From: Opitutales bacterium
GTDB lineage: Bacteria; Verrucomicrobiota; Verrucomicrobiia; Opitutales; UBA2987
Assembly: GCA_965226885.1 (NCBI GenBank)
Contig: CBDDEL010000015.1
Location: forward strand, 224,001 to 288,000
Reading direction: 5' to 3'
Length of the DNA: 64,000 bases
Shown here in pieces: positions 51,492 through 61,495 of this stretch. A program made the position numbers and the translations under genes. A model generated the notes under the pieces. The model was not told where the DNA came from, ran no database searches, and worked only from the letters and a program-made list of their open reading frames with translations. Each line of letters starts with the position of its first letter. Position 1 is the first letter of the stretch.

Positions 51492-53495
51492 ATGTCTGAG
51501 ACGCTTAATTGGGGAATTATCGGAACCGGCCATATCGCCCGTAAATTCGCTGCCGCCCTGGAGGAATCCCCAACGGCCCGGTTGGCCGCGGTGGGCAGTC
51601 GCAGACAAGAAACGGCCGATGCTTTCGGCCAGGAATTCAACGCGCCCAACCGCCATGGCGATTACCAGGCACTCATTGATGATTCTTCGGTCGACGCTGT
51701 CTATATTGCCACCCCCCACCCCTTTCACGCAGAATGGTCCATCCGCTGCGCGGACGCCGGCAAACACCAGATTTGTGAAAAACCCCTGGCCATGAACCAG
51801 GCCGAGGCTATGGCGGCCATTGAGGCGGCCCGCAGAAACAAGGTCTATCTTTACGAGGGTTTCGCCTACCGCTGCACCGAGGTGGCAACCCGCTTGGTCG
51901 ATTTCATCCGCAACGGGGCCATTGGCGAGGTGCGGAGGATAGAGTCGAGTTACAGCTTCAAACTGGCCGCAAAACCGGCCCGACGGCTGGTGGAACCGGA
52001 ACTGGGCGGTGGGGCCATCCTCGATGTCGGATGCTACCCCGTCTCCCTCGTTCGAATGCTGGTGGGGGCTGCTCTGGGGCAAGCTTTCGCCAATCCTGTC
52101 GATCTCAAGGGAATGGCGCGAATGGGACCGAACGGGATCGATCTTCATGCCCTGGCTTTCCTGAAATTTGAAAATGGAATAATGGCAAAAGTATCCACCG
52201 GACTTGATGCCCGCGATGACAGTCCCTTGTTGGTATTGGGAGAGAAGGGGAAAATTTCCATGGGTTCCCCCTGGCAAAGCGAGGGCAAATTTCTTTTGCA
52301 AAGTGAGGGCAAGGATGCGGAGGAAATCGAATTAAAAAGGGACAAAGGTCTATTCGTTTACCAAATCGAGGAAGCGGCTCGGCGTTTGCCAGAGGGACAA
52401 TCGCCCGCCATGAGTTGGGCGGATTCCCTGGGAAACATAAAAACTCTGGATCTCTGGCGGCAGGCGGTGGGCCTCACCTACCCCTGTGAGAAGGCAAAAT
52501 CCCGACGCTGGCCCATACACCGCGACTCCCTCCAGCCTTCCCCTGATCATAACATGAAATATGGCCGCATTGCCGGCCTCGAGAAAAAGATTTCAAGCCT
52601 CGTCATGGGAACCGATTACTGTCCGGGAGATGCTCATGCAGCTGTTATATTCGATGATTTTTTCGAGCGGGGCGGCAACTGTTTCGATACTGCTGAAATA
52701 TATTCTAACGGGGAAAGAGAAAAAGTTCTGGGCCGCTGGATGAAAAACCGGTCGTTGCGGCAGGAGATCGTTGTCATGGACAAAGGTGGGCATACACCCT
52801 TCTGTTGGCCGGATATTATTCGGGCCAGTGTTCCCAAAAACCTGGAACGGCTGCAAACGGATTATATCGATATTTACATGCTCCACCGCGACAATCCAGA
52901 GGTGCCGGTGGGCGAGTTTATCGACGTCCTTAACGAACACCTGAATGCCGGCCGCATTCGGGCTCTGGGCGCATCCAACTGGACCAGGGAGCGTGTTGAT
53001 GAAGCCAACGCCCACGCGGCCAAAAAGGGCCTCCAGGGTTTTACCGCGGTGAGCAATAATTTCAGCCTCGCCCGCATGGTCAACCCTGTATGGGCGGGCT
53101 GCCTGGCCTCCTCCGAACCGTCTTACAGGCGATGGCATGGGGAAACACAAATGCCCCTCATGTCCTGGAGCAGCCAGGCGCGCGGATTCTTCACGGATCG
53201 ATCCGGTCCTCAGAAAAAACATGATCGACTGATGGTCAACGCCTGGTACAGCGATGATAATTTTGAAAGAAAAAGACGGGCCGGGGCGCTGGCCGAAGAA
53301 AAAGGCGTTTTGCCCATCAATATAGCCTTGGCCTACGTCCTCGCGCAGCCCTTCCCCACATACGCCCTTTTTTGCCCCCAAACGCTGGAAGAAATGCGAA
53401 CCACCGTGGACGGTTTGGACCTTGAATTAACCGCAGAAGAGATTAACTGGCTTAACCTGGAATCAGAAAAACGACCCAACCAGACAATATTTTAA
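51492..53495 (+). CDS. Gfo/Idh/MocA oxidoreductase fused to an aldo/keto reductase
   Basis: N-terminal WGIIGTG.IA, CEKP, GGGAILDVGCY. C-terminal FDTAEIY, YIDIYMLHRD, GASNW. Confidence 0.9.
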   Translation: MSETLNWGIIGTGHIARKFAAALEESPTARLAAVGSRRQETADAFGQEFNAPNRHGDYQALIDDSSVDAVYIATPHPFHAEWSIRCADAGKHQICEKPLAMNQAEAMAAIEAARRNKVYLYEGFAYRCTEVATRLVDFIRNGAIGEVRRIESSYSFKLAAKPARRLVEPELGGGAILDVGCYPVSLVRMLVGAALGQAFANPVDLKGMARMGPNGIDLHALAFLKFENGIMAKVSTGLDARDDSPLLVLGEKGKISMGSPWQSEGKFLLQSEGKDAEEIELKRDKGLFVYQIEEAARRLPEGQSPAMSWADSLGNIKTLDLWRQAVGLTYPCEKAKSRRWPIHRDSLQPSPDHNMKYGRIAGLEKKISSLVMGTDYCPGDAHAAVIFDDFFERGGNCFDTAEIYSNGEREKVLGRWMKNRSLRQEIVVMDKGGHTPFCWPDIIRASVPKNLERLQTDYIDIYMLHRDNPEVPVGEFIDVLNEHLNAGRIRALGASNWTRERVDEANAHAAKKGLQGFTAVSNNFSLARMVNPVWAGCLASSEPSYRRWHGETQMPLMSWSSQARGFFTDRSGPQKKHDRLMVNAWYSDDNFERKRRAGALAEEKGVLPINIALAYVLAQPFPTYALFCPQTLEEMRTTVDGLDLELTAEEINWLNLESEKRPNQTIF

Positions 53496-53517
53496 TAATT
53501 CCTCAAACTAACTGTAA

Positions 53518-54438
53518 ATGAGGATAAATTCACATATAAAAACATTCCTTCAGGCGATTTATGTCGTCGCCCTCTGCCTGTTGTATCCAACGGTTATCAG
53601 ATCCGTTGATAATCAAATGGCGCCGGTGGAGGAGAAAAAAAATTCCCTTCGTAGAAGTGACCATCGGGGCGTGGAGCAGGTTTGGGTGGCGGCGGGAGTG
53701 TTCTTTATGGGAACTGCGCAGGAGGATATTATGGGAATCGAAATACCGCCCTGGGCCACGATTGAATTGCCGGCGGAAATGCCCCGGCACGAGGTACGAA
53801 TTTCGAAGGGTTTCTGGATTGATCGCTGCGAAACGACCAACCGGGAATTCCGGGCTTTCATGGATGACAAGGGGTATCAAACACGGGAAAACTGGTCGCA
53901 AAAAGGCTGGGCATGGCTACAAGGGCAAGCTGCCGGCTCATTACCCGTAAAATGTGTCGAGGATGAGGCGGCGGATCGGCCGAGAGTCTGCGTTACCTGG
54001 TACGAAGCCGAGGCTTATGCGAAATGGCGAAAGGGCCGCCTGCCCTATGAGGCCGAATGGGAATATGCCGCCCGCGGACCGGAGTCGCTGCTTTATCCCT
54101 GGGGAAACGAGTTCGACCCGGCCAAGGCGAACATAGTGGACAGCAAGGGCTTGACGCCGGTCGGCAGCTATCCCGCAGGGGCCAGTTGGGCGGGCGCGCG
54201 CGATATGTGCGGAAACGCCATGGAATGGGTGCAGGATTGGCTGAGCCCCGATTATTACGAAAACAGCCCCAAAGTCGATCCGAAGGGTCCGGCAACAGGC
54301 ATTCGCAAAGTGGAAAAAGGCGGTTGGTGGGGAAGCAACCCATTCGTCGCCCGGTCTGCCTATAAACACTTCGAGGATCCCCCGACCTACCAGGATCACC
54401 ATATCGGTTTCCGGGTTGTCACGCCGGTGGAAAATTAG
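53518..54438 (+). CDS. FGE-sulfatase (SUMF1/EgtB/PvdO) domain protein, probably exported
   Basis: F.MG, P.HEV, RLP.EAEWEYAARG, DM.GN..EWV.DW and IGFR motifs. Hydrophobic N-terminus. Confidence 0.88.
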   Translation: MRINSHIKTFLQAIYVVALCLLYPTVIRSVDNQMAPVEEKKNSLRRSDHRGVEQVWVAAGVFFMGTAQEDIMGIEIPPWATIELPAEMPRHEVRISKGFWIDRCETTNREFRAFMDDKGYQTRENWSQKGWAWLQGQAAGSLPVKCVEDEAADRPRVCVTWYEAEAYAKWRKGRLPYEAEWEYAARGPESLLYPWGNEFDPAKANIVDSKGLTPVGSYPAGASWAGARDMCGNAMEWVQDWLSPDYYENSPKVDPKGPATGIRKVEKGGWWGSNPFVARSAYKHFEDPPTYQDHHIGFRVVTPVEN

Positions 54439-54496
54439 AACCTGTCCCAAGACCGCCGATGAGCAATGTCTGGAAAAAGACGGAGACGGGAGCAGC

Positions 54497-55042
54497 TTAT
54501 TTCCAGCGCCGATTCCAGACCATGCGGTAGGGTTTGCCAGCCCAGGGCGGCCCGACGGAGTCGATGCCGATGCGGGGCGTTCGGGCGACTTCCTTTTCGG
54601 GAACGGCCAGGCCGCTTTCCTCAATCCAGAGACTGTTTTTCCTCATCGCCGGAAGGTGATTGGTAGCTTTGTCGATGTTCAGGGCGCGGGTGAGTCGGCC
54701 CGGGCCATTGATTTCACCGGCCCCTCGAATAAGGATGGCTGCCGGGTAATCTATTGGACCGACCACGATATTTAACAGCCAATGAACTCCGTAACACAAA
54801 TAAACATACCAATAACCGGGCGGGCCGTACATAACGGCATTGCGCGGGGTACGCCCCCGGTGGCCGTGGCAGGCCTTGTCTTGCGGGCCATCGTAAGCCT
54901 CCAATTCGGTCAGGTGGAGCCGGATAATTTTCCCATTGCGGCGGCGGCAGAGGTTTTTCCCCAGTAAATCGCGGGTGACCTCAAGAGTCGAACGATTGAA
55001 AAATTCCGGCTTGAGAACGGGTCCTTTGCTCGGAGGTTTCAT
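54497..55042 (-). CDS. DNA-3-methyladenine glycosylase (MPG)
   Basis: TELEAY.G..D.ACH, YVYLCYGVH, GPGRLT and RIGI motifs. Confidence 0.92.
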   Translation of the reverse strand: MKPPSKGPVLKPEFFNRSTLEVTRDLLGKNLCRRRNGKIIRLHLTELEAYDGPQDKACHGHRGRTPRNAVMYGPPGYWYVYLCYGVHWLLNIVVGPIDYPAAILIRGAGEINGPGRLTRALNIDKATNHLPAMRKNSLWIEESGLAVPEKEVARTPRIGIDSVGPPWAGKPYRMVWNRRWK

Positions 55043-55047
55043 GCCTG

Positions 55048-55503
55048 TCAAAGCTTCTTGTTTTTAGTATCGAGCAAAAGGGTGACGGGGCCATCGTTGA
55101 GGGCGCGGATTTTCATCATTTTACCGAAGGCGCCGGTGGAGACCGGTTTGCCCAGATGGGTGGACACTTCTTTGACAAATTCCTCGTAAAGGGGCACGGC
55201 GATTTCCGGAGGGGCGGCCCGGTTGAAGGATGGGCGCGTGCCTTTGCGCAGGTCTCCGTAGAGGGTGAATTGACTGATGACCAACAGGTCGCCTCCGGTG
55301 TCCAGCAGTGAGCGGTTCATCAATCCTTTATCGTCCGGGAAAAGACGTATGGAGGGAATCTTTTGACTGAGCCAGCGGAGGTCAACGGGACCATCATCCC
55401 TGGCAATTCCGATAAAAGCCAACAGTCCCGGCCCGATGGCACCGATAACTTTGCCTTCCACCTCGACTGAAGCCTCGGATACTCGTTGCAGAACGGCTCT
55501 CAT
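55048..55503 (-). CDS. dtd: D-aminoacyl-tRNA deacylase
   Basis: MRAVLQRV, SQFTL, RPSF and NDGPVT motifs. Confidence 0.96.
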   Translation of the reverse strand: MRAVLQRVSEASVEVEGKVIGAIGPGLLAFIGIARDDGPVDLRWLSQKIPSIRLFPDDKGLMNRSLLDTGGDLLVISQFTLYGDLRKGTRPSFNRAAPPEIAVPLYEEFVKEVSTHLGKPVSTGAFGKMMKIRALNDGPVTLLLDTKNKKL

Positions 55504-56402
55504 GATGAATTAAAGTCGCCATCGAAAATAACCAAGGCAATGGCAAGGCATAGAAGAAAAGCTCCTCCCAAACGCCTGAGCATAATTTTTCGGCCGATGT
55601 TCTTTTCCGTATTGCCGAAGAAGGGCCCGATCATCCAGACCAGCAAAACACTCCACAATCCTCTTGAACCGTAAATGATATTAATAGCAGTGGCTTTTCC
55701 ATAATTGCTGAAACAATAGGCCAGCGCCAGCCATTGAAGGCTCAACAAAACAGTGCCCGTGATCAGCCACATCCAGCTTTTGGACGGTACAGCCCGCAGG
55801 GGAGCATGAAAAAAAGGCATCAGGGCAAAAGACTCTACTGCGATGAGTCCGGATGAGATGACGACATAATGATAAAATCCGAATTCCGCCGACCAACGCT
55901 GTATGAGAACGTCACCTAATCCAAAAAAGGCTCCGCCGGTCACGGCAGCGAGGAGAGCATAAGCATTTCGTTTGCGAAAAACAACGCCCGATGCTCCCAA
56001 CAAGTAAACGGCCATAACGGTCAAGGCAGCTCCCAACCACCAGGAGCCCTTGACTTTTTCGGAAACCAAAAAAAGGGAAAACAGGGCCACAAAGAGGACT
56101 TTGATCCCGGCTACGGGCGTTACCACACTAACTTCCCCCATCCTCAAGGAGAGAAAAGTGAAAACAAGACCGCCCATGGCGACAAAACTAGTAATGACGG
56201 GCCAATAAATGCGTTCCCACAACACCGGCCCATCACCTAAAAACCACAATGGAAGAAGGAGTATGAAGGTCAGCCAGTTGGAGACGAATAAAAGCCGCGT
56301 CAGCCCTATACCCCCATCCATGGCCAGTTTCAGGAGCATGGAGGCAAAGGCGGCCACCACGGCGCAAAAAAACGGTAAAATATAATAGATGGGTATATTC
56401 AT
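55500..56402 (-). CDS. DMT/EamA-family transporter
   Basis: About 10 TM segments, G.VSV.TP...KV motif. Confidence 0.82.
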   Translation of the reverse strand: MNIPIYYILPFFCAVVAAFASMLLKLAMDGGIGLTRLLFVSNWLTFILLLPLWFLGDGPVLWERIYWPVITSFVAMGGLVFTFLSLRMGEVSVVTPVAGIKVLFVALFSLFLVSEKVKGSWWLGAALTVMAVYLLGASGVVFRKRNAYALLAAVTGGAFFGLGDVLIQRWSAEFGFYHYVVISSGLIAVESFALMPFFHAPLRAVPSKSWMWLITGTVLLSLQWLALAYCFSNYGKATAINIIYGSRGLWSVLLVWMIGPFFGNTEKNIGRKIMLRRLGGAFLLCLAIALVIFDGDFNSS

Positions 56403-56468
56403 GCGAAACAGTCCAGCCTTGCATGGGGTTTCAGGCCAGGAATGGCCTATGGCTCGAGGCTCATGCAG

Positions 56469-57362
56469 TCACTTGCGGAGAGTTCTGGCAAGCGCAGTTT
56501 CCAAATCCGGACATTGGAACAAATAACCGTTGGCATTAAGCACTGCGGGCGCGACCCGGCAATCGGCGAGCAGGGTTTCCCGAGCCATTTGGCCAAGTAA
56601 TAGGGAAAATACAAAGGCCGGCGCCGGCAAAAATGACGGTCGTCTCAAAATCTTTCCCAGAACGCGTGAAAACTCGCGGTTCGAAACCGGCTGCGGCGCC
56701 ACCACATTGACGGGACCGGCATAGGATGAATCCAGCAGACAGGCGGAAATAACGCCAACCACATCGGAAAGGGCAATCCAGCTCATCATCTGCTTGCCGG
56801 AACCCACCGGCCCTCCGAGGCCCAGTTTGAAAATAGGCAGCATTTTCCCCAAGGCGCCGCCCCGTGCGCCCAATACCACCCCAAATCGCAAGTAAACCAC
56901 TCTTGTCCCGATGTTTATGAGGGGAGCCGTAGCTTTTTCCCACTGTTGGCAAACGGAGGCCAGAAAGCCGTCACCGGGCGGCCCGGTTTCGTCATAGGTT
57001 TCAAAAGTGTCGAAGGGGTAAAATCCGACTGCTGAGGCACACAAAAAAACTTTGGGCGGCATGGCCATGGCTGCCAACCTTTGACAGAGTAGTTCGGTGC
57101 CCTTGACACGGCTTTCCATGATTCGTTTTTTCCGCGCGCGCGACCAGCGTCCCGATGCGATATTTTCTCCGGCCAGATGAATGACCTCGCCAAAGCGATC
57201 TTCCGCATCTAAATCGAGTTTCCCGGCCACGGGATCCCAGTGCACATCATCGGGATTTGCCGCCCAGCGTGTGAGCCGCACTAATTTGTGGCCTTCATCG
57301 TGCAAATGATCACAGACCGACTGCCCGATCAGTCCGGAAGCTCCCGATATCAATATTTTCAC
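56469..57362 (-). CDS. TIGR01777/YfcH-family NAD-dependent epimerase
   Basis: ISGASGLIG, HLAGENI..RW, ASAVG.Y and GLGGPVGSGKQ.MSWI motifs. Confidence 0.9.
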   Translation of the reverse strand: MKILISGASGLIGQSVCDHLHDEGHKLVRLTRWAANPDDVHWDPVAGKLDLDAEDRFGEVIHLAGENIASGRWSRARKKRIMESRVKGTELLCQRLAAMAMPPKVFLCASAVGFYPFDTFETYDETGPPGDGFLASVCQQWEKATAPLINIGTRVVYLRFGVVLGARGGALGKMLPIFKLGLGGPVGSGKQMMSWIALSDVVGVISACLLDSSYAGPVNVVAPQPVSNREFSRVLGKILRRPSFLPAPAFVFSLLLGQMARETLLADCRVAPAVLNANGYLFQCPDLETALARTLRK

Positions 57363-57430
57363 CGCCTTATCCTTGTGCTGGTTGAGCCTGAAACATTGCA
57401 AAGTTGGCGATATTAGTCACCCAAAAAGCA

Positions 57431-57460
57431 AAAAACCGCCAACCTAAGTTGGCGGTTTTT
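57431..57460. terminator. Bidirectional intrinsic terminator-like hairpin
   Basis: AAAAACCGCCAAC-CTAA-GTTGGCGGTTTTT. Confidence 0.8.
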
Positions 57461-57469
57461 ATTACTACT

Positions 57470-57505
57470 ACTACCTGTTTCTGTAGGACTACCTGTTTCT
57501 GTAGG
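57470..57505. repeat. 18-bp tandem duplication ACTACCTGTTTCTGTAGG x2
   Basis: Read directly. Confidence 0.95.
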
Positions 57506-57654
57506 GGGAACAGAAATTCTATTTAAAATTCAACCGAAACCGAAAAAGAACCAATACGAAGAAATGAGAAGTTGTCAATGATTGTTTGTTAATCCGAAGA
57601 GAAAAAATGTTAACAAGAAAAAATTCAAAGTTAACCATTAATCGAATTATGAAT

Positions 57655-57690
57655 TTGCGCCTCTGGAATGGATTGCGCCTCTGGAATGGA
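57655..57690. repeat. 18-bp tandem duplication TTGCGCCTCTGGAATGGA x2
   Basis: Read directly. Confidence 0.95.
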
Positions 57691-57714
57691 GAAGGGAGCT
57701 TTTTCGAGGCGATT

Positions 57715-58509
57715 TCAATTGGTTTCGGGAGGGTCGGTTGCAATGAAAAAGCCATCGCTTTCAGGTCGGGGAAGCAATCGGGCGCGAACGCCGAAAACTT
57801 TTTCAATAATTTGGGTTTGCAGGGCGACTTCAGGGGTTCCCCGTTGCACAATGCGCCCTTCCTGCAAAACAATGACTTCATCGGCATAAGACACGGCCAG
57901 GTTGAGATCGTGCAAGACTACTATTACAGCAGCCCCGCGCCCGGCAAATCGACGAGCTGCCTCTAAAGCGGTGTGTTGGTAGGCCAAGTCTAGACTGGCG
58001 GTGGGCTCGTCGAGCATCAAAAGGCAGCCCGGTTGCGGGGAGACCTCCCAGATTTGGGCGAGAACGCGGGCTATTTGAACGCGCTGTTTCTCCCCGCCTG
58101 AAAGTGTCGTAAACAACCGTCCGGCCAGCGAATCCATATCCATCATTTGCAGGGCTTGATGGGCGATTTCGTAATCCGCTGCCGTTTCCCTCTTGCCCAA
58201 GTGAGGCAGACGGCCCAGAAGAGCGACTTCCTGCACGGTGAATGGAAAATTCAAATGCGACTCCTGGAACAATACGCCGCGAAACCGCGAAATCTCTGCA
58301 ACTGGCCACTTTTGCAGGGATCGTCTGGCCACTTCAATGCTGCCGGCCCCGGGACTCATTTCTCCGCAAAGGATGCGAAAGAGGGTTGTTTTACCCGCCC
58401 CGTTGGGACCCGTCAAGGCAGTCACCCTTCCAGAAACAAGTTCCAAGGAGGCATTGTCTACAATCGTTCGTCCACTCAAGGAACAGGAAATTTTCTCGGC
58501 TTTCAGCAT
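57715..58509 (-). CDS. hmuV: Heme/iron-chelate ABC transporter ATPase (HmuV-like)
   Basis: GPNGAGKTT, LSGGEKQRVQIARVLAQ, LDEPTASLD and HDLNLA motifs. Confidence 0.85.
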   Translation of the reverse strand: MLKAEKISCSLSGRTIVDNASLELVSGRVTALTGPNGAGKTTLFRILCGEMSPGAGSIEVARRSLQKWPVAEISRFRGVLFQESHLNFPFTVQEVALLGRLPHLGKRETAADYEIAHQALQMMDMDSLAGRLFTTLSGGEKQRVQIARVLAQIWEVSPQPGCLLMLDEPTASLDLAYQHTALEAARRFAGRGAAVIVVLHDLNLAVSYADEVIVLQEGRIVQRGTPEVALQTQIIEKVFGVRARLLPRPESDGFFIATDPPETN

Positions 58510-58511
58510 TT

Positions 58512-59588
58512 TCAAGACCAAATGGTTTGTCGCGTGTAGTAAAGCAAACCGATAAAGAATGGTGCCCCCAAAACAGCGGTGACCACGCCGATGGGCAGTT
58601 CGACAGGGGTCAACGCCGTGCGTGCCAACAGATCCGCGCTAACCAGCAATAGGGCTCCCAGTAAAGCGGACCCCGGAATGACGTAACGGTGATCCGGGCC
58701 CACAATGGAACGAACTATATGGGGCACCACCAAACCGACAAAACTGATGATGCCGCAGGCGGCCACCGTTGCCCCGACAATGGCGGCGCATATAAAAACG
58801 ATCCACTTTTTCAAACGACCAACATCGACTCCGAGAAAATAGGCCTCCGCCTCACCCAGCAAAAACGCGTTCAGGGGGCGCGCGAATAAAGGAAACACAA
58901 TGAGGGCCGGGATCACCAGCACGGCCACGGGCAAAAGATTTTTCCAGGTGGCGCCGCTCAGGCTGCCCAGAGACCAGTAGGTGAAATCCCGCAATTGGGT
59001 ATTGTCCGATAAAAAAAGCATCGACCCAATCAAAGCGGAGGCGAGGGCATTGATCGCGATGCCGGCCAATAGCATAGTGCCCATCAGGGTCCTCCCTTCA
59101 ACTTTGGATACGTGGTAAACGCAGAATGTGGTTCCCACGCCACAGACAAATGCCGAGACCGGCAATAGAGCTTCGTCCAGCCATGTCGAATGAACCAACC
59201 CCGATCCACCCAGAAGAACTATAGCGGTAACGGCCCCGATGGCGGCGCCGGCGGAGACCCCGATGAGAGAAGGATCAGCCAGCGGGTTGCGAAACAATCC
59301 TTGCAGTCCGGCCCCCGCCAGTGCAAGCGCGGCACCCGCCATGACGGCCAGCAAAACCCTCGGCAGGCGTATCGACCACAGCACCGTCCAGAGGGTTTCC
59401 TGCGTATAGGGGGAAAATATTTCGGCGTCAACATCCCGCCCAAACTGTATCCCGGCCAGTGAGATAAACTGGGAAAGACTGATTTTTATGGGACCTGCCG
59501 CCAGGGAAATGATGGCCGCCAACAGCAGGATAAATGCCAGCTTAAAAAGACATAAACGTTTGGCCTTCGCGCTATGGCAAAATTTCAC
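58512..59588 (-). CDS. hmuU: FecCD-family ABC permease (HmuU-like)
   Basis: IRLPR, QGLFRNPLADP, LGEAEA..LG, FVGLVVPH and ELPIG motifs. Confidence 0.88.
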   Translation of the reverse strand: MKFCHSAKAKRLCLFKLAFILLLAAIISLAAGPIKISLSQFISLAGIQFGRDVDAEIFSPYTQETLWTVLWSIRLPRVLLAVMAGAALALAGAGLQGLFRNPLADPSLIGVSAGAAIGAVTAIVLLGGSGLVHSTWLDEALLPVSAFVCGVGTTFCVYHVSKVEGRTLMGTMLLAGIAINALASALIGSMLFLSDNTQLRDFTYWSLGSLSGATWKNLLPVAVLVIPALIVFPLFARPLNAFLLGEAEAYFLGVDVGRLKKWIVFICAAIVGATVAACGIISFVGLVVPHIVRSIVGPDHRYVIPGSALLGALLLVSADLLARTALTPVELPIGVVTAVLGAPFFIGLLYYTRQTIWS

Positions 59589-59589
59589 A

Positions 59590-59615
59590 ACAAAAAACCC
59601 GTTTCTTAACGGGTT
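59590..59615 (-). terminator. Intrinsic terminator after infA
   Basis: Minus strand AACCCGTT-AAGA-AACGGGTT followed by TTTTGT. Confidence 0.7.
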
Positions 59616-59663
59616 GGCAGGGTTTCCACTGCCCCGGCGGGGTTTGGCAGCGATGAGAAGGGG

Positions 59664-59945
59664 TTATCTTCTTCTACGCGGGCCAAAACTGCGTATGGGG
59701 GCATTTCGGTTGGTTTTGGCATTGCGCAGCCGATATACGATACGGGCCCGATCCAGATCATAGGGACTCATTTCCATTTTGACGGTATCGCCTACAGTTA
59801 TCTTGATAAAGTTTTTTCTCAGCTTGCCCGAGATGTGGGCCAATACCTGGTGCCCATTGGTGTTGGGCAATTCCACCCGGAACATGGTTCCCGGCAGAAC
59901 CGTCACAATTTTTCCTTCGACCTCTATTGAAACTTGATTTGCCAT
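59664..59945 (-). CDS. infA: Translation initiation factor IF-1 with basic C-terminal extension
   Basis: [19 protein letters not shown] and EMSPYDL..ARI.YR motifs. Confidence 0.96.
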   Translation of the reverse strand: MANQVSIEVEGKIVTVLPGTMFRVELPNTNGHQVLAHISGKLRKNFIKITVGDTVKMEMSPYDLDRARIVYRLRNAKTNRNAPIRSFGPRRRR

Positions 59946-60092
59946 GTATGCTTGTAATGACCCCGGCGGGTTCGCTATCCTCCGGCGGGAAAATGATTTA
60001 ATTTATCAGGATGCACTCAAAGCGTAAATTATGCAACTAAGTCAAGTCATAAACCACTACAAACCTGTAATTATTCAACATTTACCGTAGAT

Positions 60093-60632
60093 TTGAAATC
60101 GGAAGCCAACGGAAACCATCCAACATTGCAGGAATGTCCCTTCCCCAAAATCCATCCTTCCCAGTTGGTGCGGGACGATCTTTTCTTTATGAAATTGGCT
60201 TACAGCCAGGCTATTGACGCCTGGCGGGCTGATGAAGTCCCCGTGGGCGCGGTTATCGAATGGGAAGGAGAAGTGATTGCCAGAGCTTACAACAGGATTG
60301 AATCGACGGGCGACCCCACCGCTCACGCCGAGATGCTCGCCCTCACTCAGGCCAGCCACAAAATCGGTGACTGGCGCTTGAACGGATGCACCGTCTATGT
60401 GACCAAAGAGCCCTGCCCGATGTGCTCCGGGGCGCTCCTCATGGGGCGCGTATCCCGCGTCGTCTACGCCGTGGCCGATCCCAAAATGGGTTGTCTGGGG
60501 GGTGCCGCCGATTTGAACGCCCTACCGGCCATCAACCACCATTTCACCATCACCGGCGGCGTCATGGAAGCGGAGTGCAAGGAATTGATTACCGTCTTTT
60601 TTGAAATAAAACGAAAAAGCAAAGGGCAATAG
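60093..60632 (+). CDS. tadA: tRNA adenosine(34) deaminase (start codon uncertain)
   Basis: EVPVGAVI, DPTAHAE, WRL, EPCPMC.GA and DPK.G motifs. Confidence 0.92.
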   Translation: MKSEANGNHPTLQECPFPKIHPSQLVRDDLFFMKLAYSQAIDAWRADEVPVGAVIEWEGEVIARAYNRIESTGDPTAHAEMLALTQASHKIGDWRLNGCTVYVTKEPCPMCSGALLMGRVSRVVYAVADPKMGCLGGAADLNALPAINHHFTITGGVMEAECKELITVFFEIKRKSKGQ

Positions 60633-60717
60633 TTTGACCATTGAAGCATGGCCCTCTATTGATATTTTTTACTGATGTCGGATTATTAACTTAACTTAAA
60701 ATAAAAAAAGGAAAAAA

Positions 60718-61329
60718 ATGGCCTACGAACTCCCTAGTCTTGACTACGCTTACGATGCGCTCGAACCGCATATCGATGCCCGCACGATGGAAATCCATCA
60801 CAGCAAGCATCATAACGCCTATATCACTAATTTAAACAATGCCATTGCCGGGGCCGGATACGACGCGCCGGACTGCGTTTGCGACCTCGTGGGCAACCTC
60901 GACGCCGTGCCGGAAGGCATCCGCACAGCGGTGCGCAACAACGGCGGCGGGCATTGCAACCACACCTTTTTCTGGAATATCCTCTCCCCCAGCGGCGGCG
61001 CGGCGAGCGGCAACCTGGCCGCGGCCATCGACGCCGAACTGGGCGGAATTGACAAATTCAAGGCCGATTTCGCCGCCGCCGGAGCCACTCGGTTCGGCAG
61101 CGGCTGGGCCTGGCTCTTCGTTGATGGCGGCGGCAACCTGCAAGTCGGCTCCACCCCCAACCAGGACACCCCGGTCATGGACGGCAACCAACCCGTCATT
61201 GGGCTCGACGTCTGGGAACACGCCTACTACCTCAATTACCAGAACCTCCGTCCCAAATACATCGAAGCCTTCTGGAACATCGTCAACTGGGAAAAAGCCG
61301 AAGCCAACTACAACGAAGCCAAAGGCTGA
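60718..61329 (+). CDS. sodA: Superoxide dismutase, Mn-type signature
   Basis: [24 protein letters not shown] and DVWEHAYY motifs. Confidence 0.93.
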   Translation: MAYELPSLDYAYDALEPHIDARTMEIHHSKHHNAYITNLNNAIAGAGYDAPDCVCDLVGNLDAVPEGIRTAVRNNGGGHCNHTFFWNILSPSGGAASGNLAAAIDAELGGIDKFKADFAAAGATRFGSGWAWLFVDGGGNLQVGSTPNQDTPVMDGNQPVIGLDVWEHAYYLNYQNLRPKYIEAFWNIVNWEKAEANYNEAKG

Positions 61330-61360
61330 TCTCGATTCAAATTTGCAATCCAAACATCAA

Positions 61361-61392
61361 AGCCGTCCGGAAAACCACCGGGCGGCTTTTTT
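61361..61392 (+). terminator. Intrinsic terminator after sodA
   Basis: AGCCGTCCGG-AAAACCA-CCGGGCGGCT followed by a T-run. Confidence 0.8.
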
Positions 61393-61495
61393 GCAAATTT
61401 GCTATTCAACCAACCCCGTCCGCTTCATTGACTATCCGACCACGGAAATGGCTTGACCCGGCTCTGAAACTGAAAAGAAACCAAAGCAGCTTATT

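Noticed and set aside
51444..53381. Long antisense ORFs (e.g. 51444..52301, 52593..53381, also 19041..19931, 39328..40029)
   Set aside because: Shadows of well-supported genes on the opposite strand, with no family motifs.
53518..54438. Sulfatase-maturing FGE linked to the sulfotransferase cluster
   Set aside because: Lacks the catalytic cysteines, is far from the cluster, and no sulfatase gene is present in the window.
59589..59663. Cobalamin riboswitch upstream of the FecCD permease
   Set aside because: Only 75 nt, mostly the infA terminator. No recognisable B12-box.
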